Sequence record: LC788708.1
Direction: 5' to 3' (one strand)
Source of the DNA: Escherichia coli phage AZ21
Length of the DNA stretch: 64,000 nucleotides
How positions within the stretch are numbered: position 1 is the first letter of the stretch; each line of letters begins with the position of its first letter. Shown here in pieces: positions 46,211-56,636 of the stretch. A program made the position numbers and the translations under genes. Below the pieces are notes generated by a model. It saw only the letters and a program-made list of their open reading frames with translations. It made no database searches and was not told where the DNA came from.

Positions 46211-47968
46211 ATGGGTTTTTTCGCTGGTAAGTATAGCGATGGTAAGACCGTACTATCTTTAAATACTGAATCTGGTGGTGACATTAATCGTCACTATAGT
46301 CCAAATGCCAATAGTATTTTTCATAGTGATATGCCATTTGTCCTAGTTGATGGTACTTATGAGTCTGGGTTAGGTGATGCCGGTAATGGGTTTTTTGTAT
46401 GTCAGATGCCCTCTGACATAATAAATATTAAATCTAACGATCCTGGTAGAGTTATACTAACTGCTATTGAAATTAATGGTACTCACAGAGCTTTTCTTAA
46501 CGGTACTCAGAGTAAAGTAGGTCAAACTATAGCTGCCACTCAAGCAGATCCTTTTAGATCTTTTGCTAGTGTTTCCCAGACTAGTGGATTTGCATTTGGT
46601 AATAGCCTGGCATCTGGTACATATAACTATAATCCATCTATAGGGCATGAAGAATCTATTTCTAGAAATGGTACTGGTGGAACCACCCTACATAGTACGT
46701 ATCATGGTATAGTTAGGCCAGGTGCAGGAGCTCCAGTAGGGGTTACTGTTGCAGAAGCTTTTGCACAGTTGGGTTTTCCTACTAATAGTAGTACAGTACC
46801 TATAGATGGTAATAATCAATATTACTGGGACCCAGGATGGATGTCTCCTTTAGGATCAGCACACAGAGGGCACGATTGGTTTTATGTTTGTAACTCTAAC
46901 ATACGTGGGTATGGTGGGGTAAGACAAGGTCTTCCTGGTAGTGTAAATACTATGTATCATGATGGTGGCAACAGATTTGTTTGTAGGGGTTCTACAACTA
47001 ATTTAGCTAATCAATCTAGTGATTCTACAATACTACAAGATTGGTATAACATAACTCCTACTAAGGTTATTTGGTACGTCTTGAATTTAAGATATTCTGG
47101 CGGCAATATGAGTATCTCTGGTAATCCTTTTACTGGTTCAGATATTCTTATATCTCCTTCTAATTTCATAATTAAAGGGGTTAGTCTTCCCAATACTGGA
47201 TACAAGTTTATTAACCAGAACGCTTTCGGTAACTTAGGTTATAGACCAGATATGGAATATATTGGAAATAATGCAGCGTACACTGGGGCCTTCGGAGATA
47301 CTACTGCAAGGTGTGAACTTGTAGGTTCTAGTAATGGGGGTTTATGGTCTCCTGTGGACTATGGAGGGGCTAAGTCTCAAATTAGTATTTACAAATTCGG
47401 AGCTGGTAAGCAATGGTACGTAAACTCTAATGATAATACTATCGGTAATGAACACGGGGTTGTTTGGGGGCCTTCAGCAGTTCCACTACGACTTTTTAGC
47501 GGAAATGTTGGTAGTTCTTACATGGGGGATGATATTACTCCCAGCTATCCAGGAACTGGAGATAGATACGTTGGTTTATCAACTATTGGGCTAGGTATAC
47601 CGGGTGGCAATGCTACCGTAATTCTTACCACTGAAGTTATATCAGGTAATCTTAACTGCGCGGGTGTTCCCGCTAATACATGGAATAACGGTGTATTTCA
47701 GGTTCAAGGAAGAAGAGCATATAGTTATAGTAATGGGGATGCAATATTTCATCAGATTTTAACATTACCAGTAGGGTATTTAGTACCTTTTCATACTACA
47801 TCTGCTTTTAGATACACACCTAACAATGCCCTAAGTAGAAATAGTTTTATATACACTGCTAAAAATCTGGGGAATGGAAATGTAGAGCTAGGGGTAGTTA
47901 TGCACGTAAGTTTAGGTAGTGCAGTTTTCCTACCTAGATTAAGAGTAACAGTTCAACGCCTAACCTAA
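46211..47968 (+). CDS. receptor-binding tail protein (pb5/Oad-like)
   Basis: 585 aa, Gly/Asn/Ser/Thr/Tyr-rich, adjacent to divergent llp-like gene. Confidence 0.55.
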   Translation: MGFFAGKYSDGKTVLSLNTESGGDINRHYSPNANSIFHSDMPFVLVDGTYESGLGDAGNGFFVCQMPSDIINIKSNDPGRVILTAIEINGTHRAFLNGTQSKVGQTIAATQADPFRSFASVSQTSGFAFGNSLASGTYNYNPSIGHEESISRNGTGGTTLHSTYHGIVRPGAGAPVGVTVAEAFAQLGFPTNSSTVPIDGNNQYYWDPGWMSPLGSAHRGHDWFYVCNSNIRGYGGVRQGLPGSVNTMYHDGGNRFVCRGSTTNLANQSSDSTILQDWYNITPTKVIWYVLNLRYSGGNMSISGNPFTGSDILISPSNFIIKGVSLPNTGYKFINQNAFGNLGYRPDMEYIGNNAAYTGAFGDTTARCELVGSSNGGLWSPVDYGGAKSQISIYKFGAGKQWYVNSNDNTIGNEHGVVWGPSAVPLRLFSGNVGSSYMGDDITPSYPGTGDRYVGLSTIGLGIPGGNATVILTTEVISGNLNCAGVPANTWNNGVFQVQGRRAYSYSNGDAIFHQILTLPVGYLVPFHTTSAFRYTPNNALSRNSFIYTAKNLGNGNVELGVVMHVSLGSAVFLPRLRVTVQRLT

Positions 47969-47978
47969 AGGAGGATAT

Positions 47979-48461
47979 ATGGCAAATGATGTATTAGTTC
48001 CCGATCTCATGTCTCCCGAAGGCATGGATGTTATTGAAGCCTATTTACAGTGCGGTAGTGATGTTCCTGCCGCCGCTCGTAGTCTTGGAATGTCCGAGAT
48101 TGCATTTCGTGATATAATGAATCGTGGGGAAGTTAAAAACTATCTCAACGATATCTTTATGGAAAGCGGCTTCCGTAATCGTGACCGCTTATTCGGAGTT
48201 CTTGATGAAGTTATCAAACGCAAGTTGGAAGAACTCGAAGAAACTGGCATGGGTTCTGACCAGGATATCATGGATATTCTCTGGAAGGCGCACAAGATGA
48301 AGATGGAAGAAATGAAAATGATGGTAGAACTGGAGAAAGTGAAGGCAGCAGCCCGTACTCCGGCTAACCAGACTAATATTCAGAATAATATTATTGCTGG
48401 AAGTGGTGACGAAAACTATATGAATCTTATTACCGCTCTAGCAGGAGGAGGTAAGAGATAA
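47979..48461 (+). CDS. terminase small subunit
   Basis: HTH-like [17 protein letters not shown]; directly upstream of and overlapping terminase large subunit. Confidence 0.5.
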   Translation: MANDVLVPDLMSPEGMDVIEAYLQCGSDVPAAARSLGMSEIAFRDIMNRGEVKNYLNDIFMESGFRNRDRLFGVLDEVIKRKLEELEETGMGSDQDIMDILWKAHKMKMEEMKMMVELEKVKAAARTPANQTNIQNNIIAGSGDENYMNLITALAGGGKR

Positions 48462-49777
48462 TGAAAGTCTCTAGAGATTATATTAACACCACAGATGTTA
48501 TTGACTTTGGTATTGACAAACGATTTTTTCGTCTGCCAGTCTCTAGCATTCTAGCTCAAGAGGGGATTACACCTAACGCCCCTCAGGTTGCAATTATTAA
48601 TGCGTTAGAAGATCCTAGACACCGTTTCGTAACTGCGTGTGTATCACGTCGTGTAGGTAAGTCATTCATCGCATATACACTTGGGTTCCTAAAACTTCTG
48701 GAACCCAATGTGAAGGTGCTGGTAGTTGCACCTAACTACTCACTGGCTAACATAGGTTGGTCACAGATTCGTGGTCTTATTAAGAAGTATGGATTACAGA
48801 CTGAACGTGAGAACGCAAAAGATAAAGAGATTGAACTAGCGAATGGTTCTCTCTTTAAGCTGGCTTCTGCGGCGCAGGCTGACTCCGCGGTTGGTCGTTC
48901 ATATGACTTCATCATTTTTGACGAAGCAGCGATTTCCGACGTTGGTGGTGCAGCTTTCGATATTCAGTTACGTCCTACTCTAGATAAGCCAAACTCTAAA
49001 GCTCTGTTTATTTCCACACCTCGTGGTGGTAACTGGTTTAAAGAGTTCTATGAGAAAGGATTTAACGAAACTCTACCTAACTGGGTATCTATTCATGGTA
49101 CATATCGTGATAACCCACGTGCTGATCTGAACGATATCGAAGAAGCGCGTCGTACTGTTAGTAAAAACTACTTCCGTCAAGAATATGAGGCTGACTTCTC
49201 TGTATTCGAAGGTCAGATCTTTGACACCTTCAATGCTATCGAACATGTTAAAGACCTCAAAGGTATGCGCCACTTCTTTAAAGATGATGAGGCTTTCGAA
49301 ACATTACTTGGTATCGACGTTGGTTATCGTGACCCTACAGCAGTTCTTACTATCAAGTATCACTATGATACTGATGTTTATTACGTACTGGAAGAATATC
49401 AGCAAGCTGAAAAGACTACAGCTCAACACGCTGCTTATATCCAACACTGCATAGATCGTTATAATGTTGATCGTATATTTGTAGACTCCGCCGCTGCTCA
49501 GTTCCGTCAGGACTTAGCATATGAACATGAAATCGCTTCTGCTCCTGCTAAGAAATCTGTCCTAGATGGTCTGGCATGCCTACAAGCACTGTTCCAGCAA
49601 GGTAAGATCATCGTAGATGCTTCATGTACCTCATTGATCCACGCCCTAGCGAACTACAGGTGGGACTTCCAGGAGGGCGAAGAGAAATTATCACGTGAAA
49701 AACCACGTCATGATGCGAACTCTCACCTTTGTGACGCACTGCGTTATGGAATTTACTCAATTTCCCGTGGGAAATAA
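48461..49777 (+). CDS. terminase large subunit
   Basis: Walker A-like VSRRVGKS, Walker B DFIIFDEAA, C-terminal nuclease-like acidic motifs (GIDVGYRDPT, FVDSAAA); 438 aa. Confidence 0.85.
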   Translation: MKVSRDYINTTDVIDFGIDKRFFRLPVSSILAQEGITPNAPQVAIINALEDPRHRFVTACVSRRVGKSFIAYTLGFLKLLEPNVKVLVVAPNYSLANIGWSQIRGLIKKYGLQTERENAKDKEIELANGSLFKLASAAQADSAVGRSYDFIIFDEAAISDVGGAAFDIQLRPTLDKPNSKALFISTPRGGNWFKEFYEKGFNETLPNWVSIHGTYRDNPRADLNDIEEARRTVSKNYFRQEYEADFSVFEGQIFDTFNAIEHVKDLKGMRHFFKDDEAFETLLGIDVGYRDPTAVLTIKYHYDTDVYYVLEEYQQAEKTTAQHAAYIQHCIDRYNVDRIFVDSAAAQFRQDLAYEHEIASAPAKKSVLDGLACLQALFQQGKIIVDASCTSLIHALANYRWDFQEGEEKLSREKPRHDANSHLCDALRYGIYSISRGK

Positions 49778-49948
49778 ATAAGTATAGGATGGGATACTAC
49801 TCAGTTGGTATCCCATTCCTGCATTTTAAAATCCCCTTTACAAATTCGACATGATTATGTATACTATATTCATTGATCGGGAGAACTTCTCCCCTAATAG
49901 AACGTAAACAAGAAAAATTAGTGCTCTATACGGAGTGTAGGAGATTCT

Positions 49949-50623
49949 ATGGGTCGACAAAAGCTAACAATAAAAGATATAAATACTAGATTAGCTGATC
50001 GTGGAATCCAAATTGTCGGTGAATATGTAAACCAACGTACAAAAACAGTATTTAAGTGCCAAAGAGCACACGTTTGGGAAGCAACGCCACATTCTATACT
50101 CCATATTAAGAGGGGTTGCCCACACTGCGCACCTAATACTATATTGCTAGATGAAGTTAATAACAGGATATCCAGTATAGGGTATACACTGTTAAATAAC
50201 TATACTAATGCAAAAACAAAACTACATCTACGCTGTAATAATGGTCATGAATGCGATATTACCTTAGATGGGTTGACGCAAGGTAGAAGATGTCCTTATT
50301 GCTCCCTTAAATGGGATAATGGTGGATTTCTCTATATCATGTCCTCTTCTAGGGGTACTAAAGTAGGTATAGGTTTATACCCCGAGAAGCGATTGAACGA
50401 GGTTAAAAGAGAGTCTGGATTTTCAGATCTATACTTATTTACCACGTATCACTTACCTGATAGAGAAACTGCTCTAGATTTAGAAAAAGAAGTCCATAGA
50501 GAATATTATAATAAAAACTGTGGGTTTTCAAAATTTACAGGAAGCACAGAATTTTTTAATGTTGCTCCAGAGGATATAGTAGTCTTTCTAAGTAACTTTG
50601 GATTGGAGGAATATGGCCACTAA
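49949..50623 (+). CDS. zinc-ribbon plus T5orf172/GIY-YIG-like domain protein
   Basis: Two CxxC pairs then GFLYIMSSSRGTKVGIGLYPEKRLNE pattern. Confidence 0.5.
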   Translation: MGRQKLTIKDINTRLADRGIQIVGEYVNQRTKTVFKCQRAHVWEATPHSILHIKRGCPHCAPNTILLDEVNNRISSIGYTLLNNYTNAKTKLHLRCNNGHECDITLDGLTQGRRCPYCSLKWDNGGFLYIMSSSRGTKVGIGLYPEKRLNEVKRESGFSDLYLFTTYHLPDRETALDLEKEVHREYYNKNCGFSKFTGSTEFFNVAPEDIVVFLSNFGLEEYGH

Positions 50624-51050
50624 TACTAAGTACAAACGTGATGCCATTTCCATAATGAGGGATGGTATAAAATCTAGGTATAGTAAGGATGGTTGCTGTG
50701 CTATATGCGGTAGTGATGAAGCCCTAGAACTTCATCACTATCATACTATATCTCAACTAATTAAAAATTTTGCTAAAGAACTCCAGCTGGATTTCACTGA
50801 TGAGAATATCGTCCTTTCAAATAGGGAAGCATTCTATAAGAAATATGAGCATGAATTAGTTAGAGACGTAGTAACATTATGCCAGCATCATCACCAATTA
50901 TTACATAAGGTTTACACAAAAGAACCTCCTTTATTTTCTGCTAATAAGCAAAAAGTGTGGGTTCAAAAGCAGAAAGACAAATTACAGAATCCTCAAGAAA
51001 AGACACAAGTCAAGACTGAAACAAAATCAGGATTCGCAAGGTTCTTATAA
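50598..51050 (+). CDS. HNH endonuclease
   Basis: CCAICGSDEALELHHYH ... CQHHHQLLH. Confidence 0.6.
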   Translation: MDWRNMATNTKYKRDAISIMRDGIKSRYSKDGCCAICGSDEALELHHYHTISQLIKNFAKELQLDFTDENIVLSNREAFYKKYEHELVRDVVTLCQHHHQLLHKVYTKEPPLFSANKQKVWVQKQKDKLQNPQEKTQVKTETKSGFARFL

Positions 51051-52267
51051 TGGGTTTTAAAAGCTGGATTACTGAAAAGCTAAATCCGGGTCAACGTATT
51101 ATAAGAGACATGGAACCAGTTAGTCATCGCACTAACCGTAAGCCTTTTACCACTGGACAAGCCTACAGTAAAATTGAGATTCTCAATAGAACTGCTAATA
51201 TGGTTATAGATAGTGCGGCGGAGTGTTCTTATACTGTCGGAGATAAATATAATATTGTCACGTATGCCAATGGCATCAAGGCAAAGACTCTAGACACTCT
51301 CTTAAATGTACGACCTAATCCATTCATGGATATAAGCACATTCCGTAGACTTGTAGTCACTGACCTACTTTTTGAAGGTTGTGCATACATCTATTGGGAT
51401 GGCACAGCACTTTACCATGTCCCTGCTGCACTAATGCAAGTAGAGGCAGATGCCAATAAGTTTATCAAAAAATTTATATTTAATAACCAGATAGACTATC
51501 GCGTAGATGAGATTATCTTTATAAAGGATAACAGTTACGTGTGTGGCACAAATTCTCAAATTTCTGGACAATCTCGTGTTGCTACTGTTATTGATTCTCT
51601 TGAGAAGCGTTCTAAGATGCTTAACTTTAAAGAGAAGTTCCTAGATAACGGAACCGTGATTGGTCTTATTCTTGAGACGGATGAAATCCTGAACAAGAAA
51701 TTGCGTGAGCGTAAACAAGAAGAATTACAACTAGATTATAATCCTAGTACTGGTCAGTCCTCTGTCCTGATTCTAGATGGTGGTATGAAAGCTAAACCGT
51801 ACTCCCAAATATCCTCTTTTAAAGATCTAGACTTTAAGGAAGACATTGAAGGATTTAATAAATCTATCTGTCTAGCCTTTGGTGTTCCGCAAGTGCTACT
51901 TGATGGTGGTAATAATGCGAACATTAGACCAAATATCGAACTGTTCTATTATATGACTATCATCCCTATGCTGAACAAGCTGACTAGTTCTCTTACTTTC
52001 TTTTTTGGTTATAAGATTACTCCTAATACTAAGGAAGTAGCTGCATTAACACCAGATAAAGAATCTGAGGCTAAACATTTAACCTCATTGGTTAATAATG
52101 GTATTATAACTGGTAATGAAGCTCGCTTAGAGCTGAACCTTGAACCTTTAGATGATGAGCAGATGAATAAGATTCGTATTCCTGCTAACGTTGCTGGTTC
52201 TGCAACAGGTGTATCCGGTCAAGAAGGTGGTAGACCTCAAGGTTCCACCGAGGGAGATAAAGAATGA
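51050..52267 (+). CDS. portal protein
   Basis: 405 aa immediately downstream of terminase region and upstream of protease and capsid; assigned by synteny and size. Confidence 0.6.
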   Translation: MGFKSWITEKLNPGQRIIRDMEPVSHRTNRKPFTTGQAYSKIEILNRTANMVIDSAAECSYTVGDKYNIVTYANGIKAKTLDTLLNVRPNPFMDISTFRRLVVTDLLFEGCAYIYWDGTALYHVPAALMQVEADANKFIKKFIFNNQIDYRVDEIIFIKDNSYVCGTNSQISGQSRVATVIDSLEKRSKMLNFKEKFLDNGTVIGLILETDEILNKKLRERKQEELQLDYNPSTGQSSVLILDGGMKAKPYSQISSFKDLDFKEDIEGFNKSICLAFGVPQVLLDGGNNANIRPNIELFYYMTIIPMLNKLTSSLTFFFGYKITPNTKEVAALTPDKESEAKHLTSLVNNGIITGNEARLELNLEPLDDEQMNKIRIPANVAGSATGVSGQEGGRPQGSTEGDKE

Positions 52268-52752
52268 TTGATTATAGTGGTCTAAAGACCATTTTTGGAG
52301 AAAAACTGCCAGAATCTCATATCTTCTTTGCTACGGTTGCTGCGCATAAATATGTTCCTAGCTATGCTTTTCTGCGTAGAGAACTAGGACTTTCATCTGC
52401 GCATACTAACCGTAAAGTATGGAAGAAATTTGTAGAGGCTTATGGTAAGGCTGGTCCAGTAGACGTTGTCCCTGGAGCCCCTACGTTGCAGGTAACTCCG
52501 GGTGAAAATTCAGTAACTTATATAATTACTGAGGGTACTAATACCGACTCACCAATCACCCAGTATAAAGTATACTATACTGATGGGGTTACTGCGAAAA
52601 CCTATAACTCTGGATCTTCTAAAACAGGTACTATTCCTACCTTAGAAGCAAAAGAGTATACTTTCCAGGCAGTAGCTGTTAATGGGGCGGGAGAATCTCC
52701 TAAGTCTACAGCAGTAAAAGCTACCCCAACTGCACCTGGTGTTGGAGGCTAA
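52264..52752 (+). CDS. putative capsid decoration protein with Ig/FN3-like domain
   Basis: Beta-rich C-terminal domain (TYNSGSSKTGTIPTLEAKEYTFQAVAVNGAGESP). Confidence 0.4.
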   Translation: MIDYSGLKTIFGEKLPESHIFFATVAAHKYVPSYAFLRRELGLSSAHTNRKVWKKFVEAYGKAGPVDVVPGAPTLQVTPGENSVTYIITEGTNTDSPITQYKVYYTDGVTAKTYNSGSSKTGTIPTLEAKEYTFQAVAVNGAGESPKSTAVKATPTAPGVGG

Positions 52753-52755
52753 TAA

Positions 52756-53388
52756 ATGACACAAGCTGCTATTGACTATAACAAGTTAAAATCAGCACCG
52801 GTTCATTTAGATGCTTATATTAAATCTATTGATAGCGAATCCAAAGAGGGTGTTGTAAAAATCCGTGGATTCGCTAATACAATTAGTAAAGATCGCGCTG
52901 GTGATGTAATTCCTGCTTCGGCATGGAAAACATCTAATGCACTTGCTAACTACATGAAAAACCCGATTATTCTTTTCGGACATGACCATCGTCGTCCAAT
53001 CGGCAAGTGTATTGATCTTAACCCTACTGAAATGGGTCTCGAAATCGAATGCGAGATCTATGAAAGTTCTGATCCGGCTATCTTTTCACTAATTAAAAAC
53101 GGTGTACTGAAAACTTTTAGTATCGGATTCCGCTGCCTAGATGCAGAGTGGGATGAAGCTACTGATATATTTATTATTAAAGATTTAGAACTATACGAAG
53201 TTTCGGTAGTTTCTGTACCTTGTAATCAGGACTCAACATTCAACCTCGCTAAGAGTATGAATGGTCATGATTATACTGAATGGCGTAAATCTTTTACTGC
53301 AATAAGTTCTAAAGCTGTCCCAGCTCAAGAACGTAATCTTTCTGAACTAGAAAAACTTGCGATAGCTTTAGGCTACGTTAAAGAATAA
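52756..53388 (+). CDS. prohead protease
   Basis: 210 aa directly upstream of major capsid gene; His/Ser-containing protease-like core. Confidence 0.55.
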   Translation: MTQAAIDYNKLKSAPVHLDAYIKSIDSESKEGVVKIRGFANTISKDRAGDVIPASAWKTSNALANYMKNPIILFGHDHRRPIGKCIDLNPTEMGLEIECEIYESSDPAIFSLIKNGVLKTFSIGFRCLDAEWDEATDIFIIKDLELYEVSVVSVPCNQDSTFNLAKSMNGHDYTEWRKSFTAISSKAVPAQERNLSELEKLAIALGYVKE

Positions 53389-53405
53389 CGGAGAATTATT
53401 TAAAA

Positions 53406-54782
53406 ATGACTATTGATATTAATAAGCTGAAAGAAGAACTTGGTCTGGGTGATCTGGCTAAATCTCTGGAAGGTCTGACCGCTGCTCAGAAAGCTGCTGA
53501 AGCTGAACGTATGCGTAAAGAGCAGGAAGAAAAAGAACTGGCTCGTATGAATGATCTGGTTTCTAAAGCAGTTGGCGAAGATCGTCAGAAGCTAGAAGAA
53601 GCTCTGGAACTGGTTAAATCCCTGGATGAAAAATCTAAGAAGAGCGCAGAACTGTTTGCACAGACTGTAGAAAAACAGCAGGAAACTATTGTTGGTCTTC
53701 AGGACGAAATCAAATCTCTGCTAGCAGCTCGTGAAGGTCGTTCCTTCGTCGGTGATAGCGTAGCTAAAGCACTGTATGGTACTCAAGAAAACTTTGAAGA
53801 CGAAGTGGAGAAACTGGTTCTTCTGTCCTACGTGATGGAAAAAGGTGTATTTGATACCGAACATGGCCAGAGACACCTGAAAGCTGTAAACCAGTCCTCT
53901 TTAGTAGAAGTTTCTAGTGAAAGCTATGAAACTATTTTCTCCCAGCGTATTATTCGTGATCTGCAGAAAGAACTGGTAGTTGGTGCACTGTTCGAAGAAT
54001 TGCCGATGTCCAGCAAATTGCTGACTATGCTGGTTGAACCAGAAGCTGGTAAAGCTACTTGGGTAGATGCTAGTGCATATGGTACTGATGCTACTACTGG
54101 TGACGAAGTTAAAGGTGCTCTGACTGAAATTCAGTTCAAAACCTATAAACTGGCTGCTAAGTCCTTCATTACTGATGAAACTGAAGAAGATGCAATCTTC
54201 TCCCTGCTACCGTTGCTGCGTAAGCGTCTGATTGAAGCACACGCTGTTTCTATCGAAGAAGCATTTATGACTGGTGACGGTACTGGTAAGCCTAAGGGTC
54301 TGCTGAAACTGGCTGAAGGCGATAAGGCTAAAGTTATTACTGAAGCTAAAGCTGATGGTTCTGTTCTGGTAACTGCTAAAACTATCTCTAAACTGCGTCG
54401 TAAACTGGGCCGTCATGGTCTGAAACTGAGCAAACTGGTACTGATCGTATCTATGGATGCTTATTACGATCTGCTGGAAGATGAAGAATGGCAGGATGTT
54501 GCCCAGGTTGGTAACGATGCTGTTAAACTGCAAGGTCAGGTTGGTCGTATTTACGGTCTGCCGGTTGTAGTTTCTGAGTTCTTCCCGGCTAAAGCTAACT
54601 CTGCAGAGTTCGCAGTTATTGTTTATAAAGATAACTTCGTAATGCCGCGTCAGCGTGCTGTTACTGTTGAACGTGAGCGCCAAGCTGGTAAACAACGTGA
54701 TGCGTACTACGTTACTCAGCGTGTTAACCTGCAACGTTACTTCGAAAACGGCGTTGTATCCGGTACTTACGCTGCATCTTAA
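53406..54782 (+). CDS. major capsid protein (with N-terminal coiled-coil delta domain)
   Basis: 458 aa; N-terminal ~150 aa coiled coil, HK97-like order protease-capsid. Confidence 0.8.
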   Translation: MTIDINKLKEELGLGDLAKSLEGLTAAQKAAEAERMRKEQEEKELARMNDLVSKAVGEDRQKLEEALELVKSLDEKSKKSAELFAQTVEKQQETIVGLQDEIKSLLAAREGRSFVGDSVAKALYGTQENFEDEVEKLVLLSYVMEKGVFDTEHGQRHLKAVNQSSLVEVSSESYETIFSQRIIRDLQKELVVGALFEELPMSSKLLTMLVEPEAGKATWVDASAYGTDATTGDEVKGALTEIQFKTYKLAAKSFITDETEEDAIFSLLPLLRKRLIEAHAVSIEEAFMTGDGTGKPKGLLKLAEGDKAKVITEAKADGSVLVTAKTISKLRRKLGRHGLKLSKLVLIVSMDAYYDLLEDEEWQDVAQVGNDAVKLQGQVGRIYGLPVVVSEFFPAKANSAEFAVIVYKDNFVMPRQRAVTVERERQAGKQRDAYYVTQRVNLQRYFENGVVSGTYAAS

Positions 54783-54802
54783 TACAGGCTTTTCAGCCGA
54801 TA

Positions 54803-54830
54803 AGGAGAGCTTCGGCTCTCCTTTTTTATT
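54803..54830 (+). terminator. rho-independent terminator after capsid gene
   Basis: GGAGAGC-TTCG-GCTCTCC then TTTTTT. Confidence 0.75.
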
Positions 54831-54841
54831 GGGAAAAATAA

Positions 54842-55354
54842 ATGCAAATCATCACAGCCGAAGATTATAGATTATATGGTGGTTTAAAACGACCTGAATT
54901 AGAATCTGGTGTAGAAATGATGATTACTGCTGCCAATGCGCTGATTACGAGCCTTCTAGGCATGGATGATGCTGATGCGGTAGACCAGTTAATCAATACA
55001 AAACCTACACGTAGGAAATATTTTCTGAGCTCACCATCTGCTACCTCCGTAACTAAAGTGACGATTAACGATAATGAGATTGACCCAGAGCAGTATAAGC
55101 TATACTCTGATGGTATTATCCTTCTCAAATTTAATCCTCCAGAAGGTTATATGGATGTAGCATATACACAAGGTGGATTCAATCCAATACCTGAAGATCT
55201 CAAACTTGCAGCATGTATGTTAGTAGATCATTGGCACAAACAAGATTACCGCCAAGCTAAAACAATTGGTGGTGAAACAGTAACCTTCAATAGCACTAAG
55301 TCTGGTATCCCAGAGCATATTCGTACTATTATTGAAGTGTATAGGAGAGTATAA
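54842..55354 (+). CDS. putative head completion/connector protein
   Basis: Position between capsid and tail genes. Confidence 0.35.
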   Translation: MQIITAEDYRLYGGLKRPELESGVEMMITAANALITSLLGMDDADAVDQLINTKPTRRKYFLSSPSATSVTKVTINDNEIDPEQYKLYSDGIILLKFNPPEGYMDVAYTQGGFNPIPEDLKLAACMLVDHWHKQDYRQAKTIGGETVTFNSTKSGIPEHIRTIIEVYRRV

Positions 55355-56121
55355 TGTCTCTTTCCGATCTAGCTAAACAAATTATTAAAGAGCAGCTAGA
55401 TACTGCAGGACGATCTGAAAATAATAAGAATACTGTTGTGTATTCTGTTGAGACAGGGTTAAAAGATCCTACCAGAGATGGTACTGTTGCTCAAGTATCT
55501 TTTAAGTTTTCAAAACCCGTATCACAAGATCTTCTTGATGTTAGAACAGCCTCTATACTAAAAGCAGTATCCTCTAGTTTAGATCTTTCGGGGGATTTAG
55601 GTGCTCTAGAGAACTTAATACAAGCAACCGCGGGTAAAAAATCCTCTGTAGGTAAAAAACGTTCTACAGGCAGAGTACAGGTAAACTTTGGGGATCCTAG
55701 AGACGTAGAGGATGGATACTCAGGTGCAATAACAGGTGCTTCCGGACGTTTTGTATCAAATAGCAATATGAAGGTTATATTAGAGATAGTTGCTAAAGAG
55801 TACTTAATAAAGGATATGAAAAAGACAGGAGCGCCATTAAAATTTAGAACTGGCAGGTTTGCAAATTCTCTGAAAATTAAGGATGTTATGCTTAGAGATG
55901 CAGAGACTAGTAAAGGTGCTCCTGAATTAAACGTGACGTATAATTATATGGTACGTCCATATTCTGTATTTAATCCAGCAGTATCTACATATCGAAGATT
56001 ATCTCTACGACCTTACCCAGGCGCTAGAAACCCCCAAAAACTTATTGGTGAGGCTATAGCAAAAGCTGCAAGAGACCTGATTCACTCTAGATATAAAATC
56101 AAGGTTAATCAAGGAACCTAA
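55354..56121 (+). CDS. putative head-tail joining protein
   Basis: Position. Confidence 0.35.
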   Translation: MSLSDLAKQIIKEQLDTAGRSENNKNTVVYSVETGLKDPTRDGTVAQVSFKFSKPVSQDLLDVRTASILKAVSSSLDLSGDLGALENLIQATAGKKSSVGKKRSTGRVQVNFGDPRDVEDGYSGAITGASGRFVSNSNMKVILEIVAKEYLIKDMKKTGAPLKFRTGRFANSLKIKDVMLRDAETSKGAPELNVTYNYMVRPYSVFNPAVSTYRRLSLRPYPGARNPQKLIGEAIAKAARDLIHSRYKIKVNQGT

Positions 56122-56124
56122 TAA

Positions 56125-56610
56125 ATGGATTATAGAACAAGTATTGCACAAGCTCTGGTTGACCGTATATCTAAACAGTTGGATGGTTCTCAACCTGACG
56201 AATATTTTAATAACCTATATGGAAACGTTTCTCGTCAAACTTATAAATTTGAGGAAATACGAGAGTTTCCTTATGTGGCAGTTCATATCGGAACTGAAAC
56301 TGGGCAGTATCTTCCTTCGGGCCAACAGTGGATGTTTTTAGAACTTCCAATCCTGGTGTACGATAAAGAGAAAACAGACATTCAAGAGCAACTTGAAAAA
56401 CTCGTAGCGGATATAAAAACCGTTATTGACACAGGTGGAAATTTAGAATATACTGTTAGTAAACCTAATGGATCGACCTTCCCATGTGAGGCAACTGATA
56501 TGATCATTACATCAGTTAATACAGATGAGGGTCTACTGGCCCCATATGGTTTAGCAGAAATAAATGTAACAGTGAGGTATCAGCCTCCACGTAGGTCACT
56601 TCGCAGATAA
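56125..56610 (+). CDS. putative tail terminator/completion protein
   Basis: 161 aa immediately upstream of tail tube gene. Confidence 0.4.
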   Translation: MDYRTSIAQALVDRISKQLDGSQPDEYFNNLYGNVSRQTYKFEEIREFPYVAVHIGTETGQYLPSGQQWMFLELPILVYDKEKTDIQEQLEKLVADIKTVIDTGGNLEYTVSKPNGSTFPCEATDMIITSVNTDEGLLAPYGLAEINVTVRYQPPRRSLRR

Positions 56611-56636
56611 GTTACAGATTAGGAGAAAATAATTAA

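Noticed and set aside
54207-54734. 175 aa minus-strand ORF
   Set aside because: It lies inside the major capsid gene on the opposite strand.
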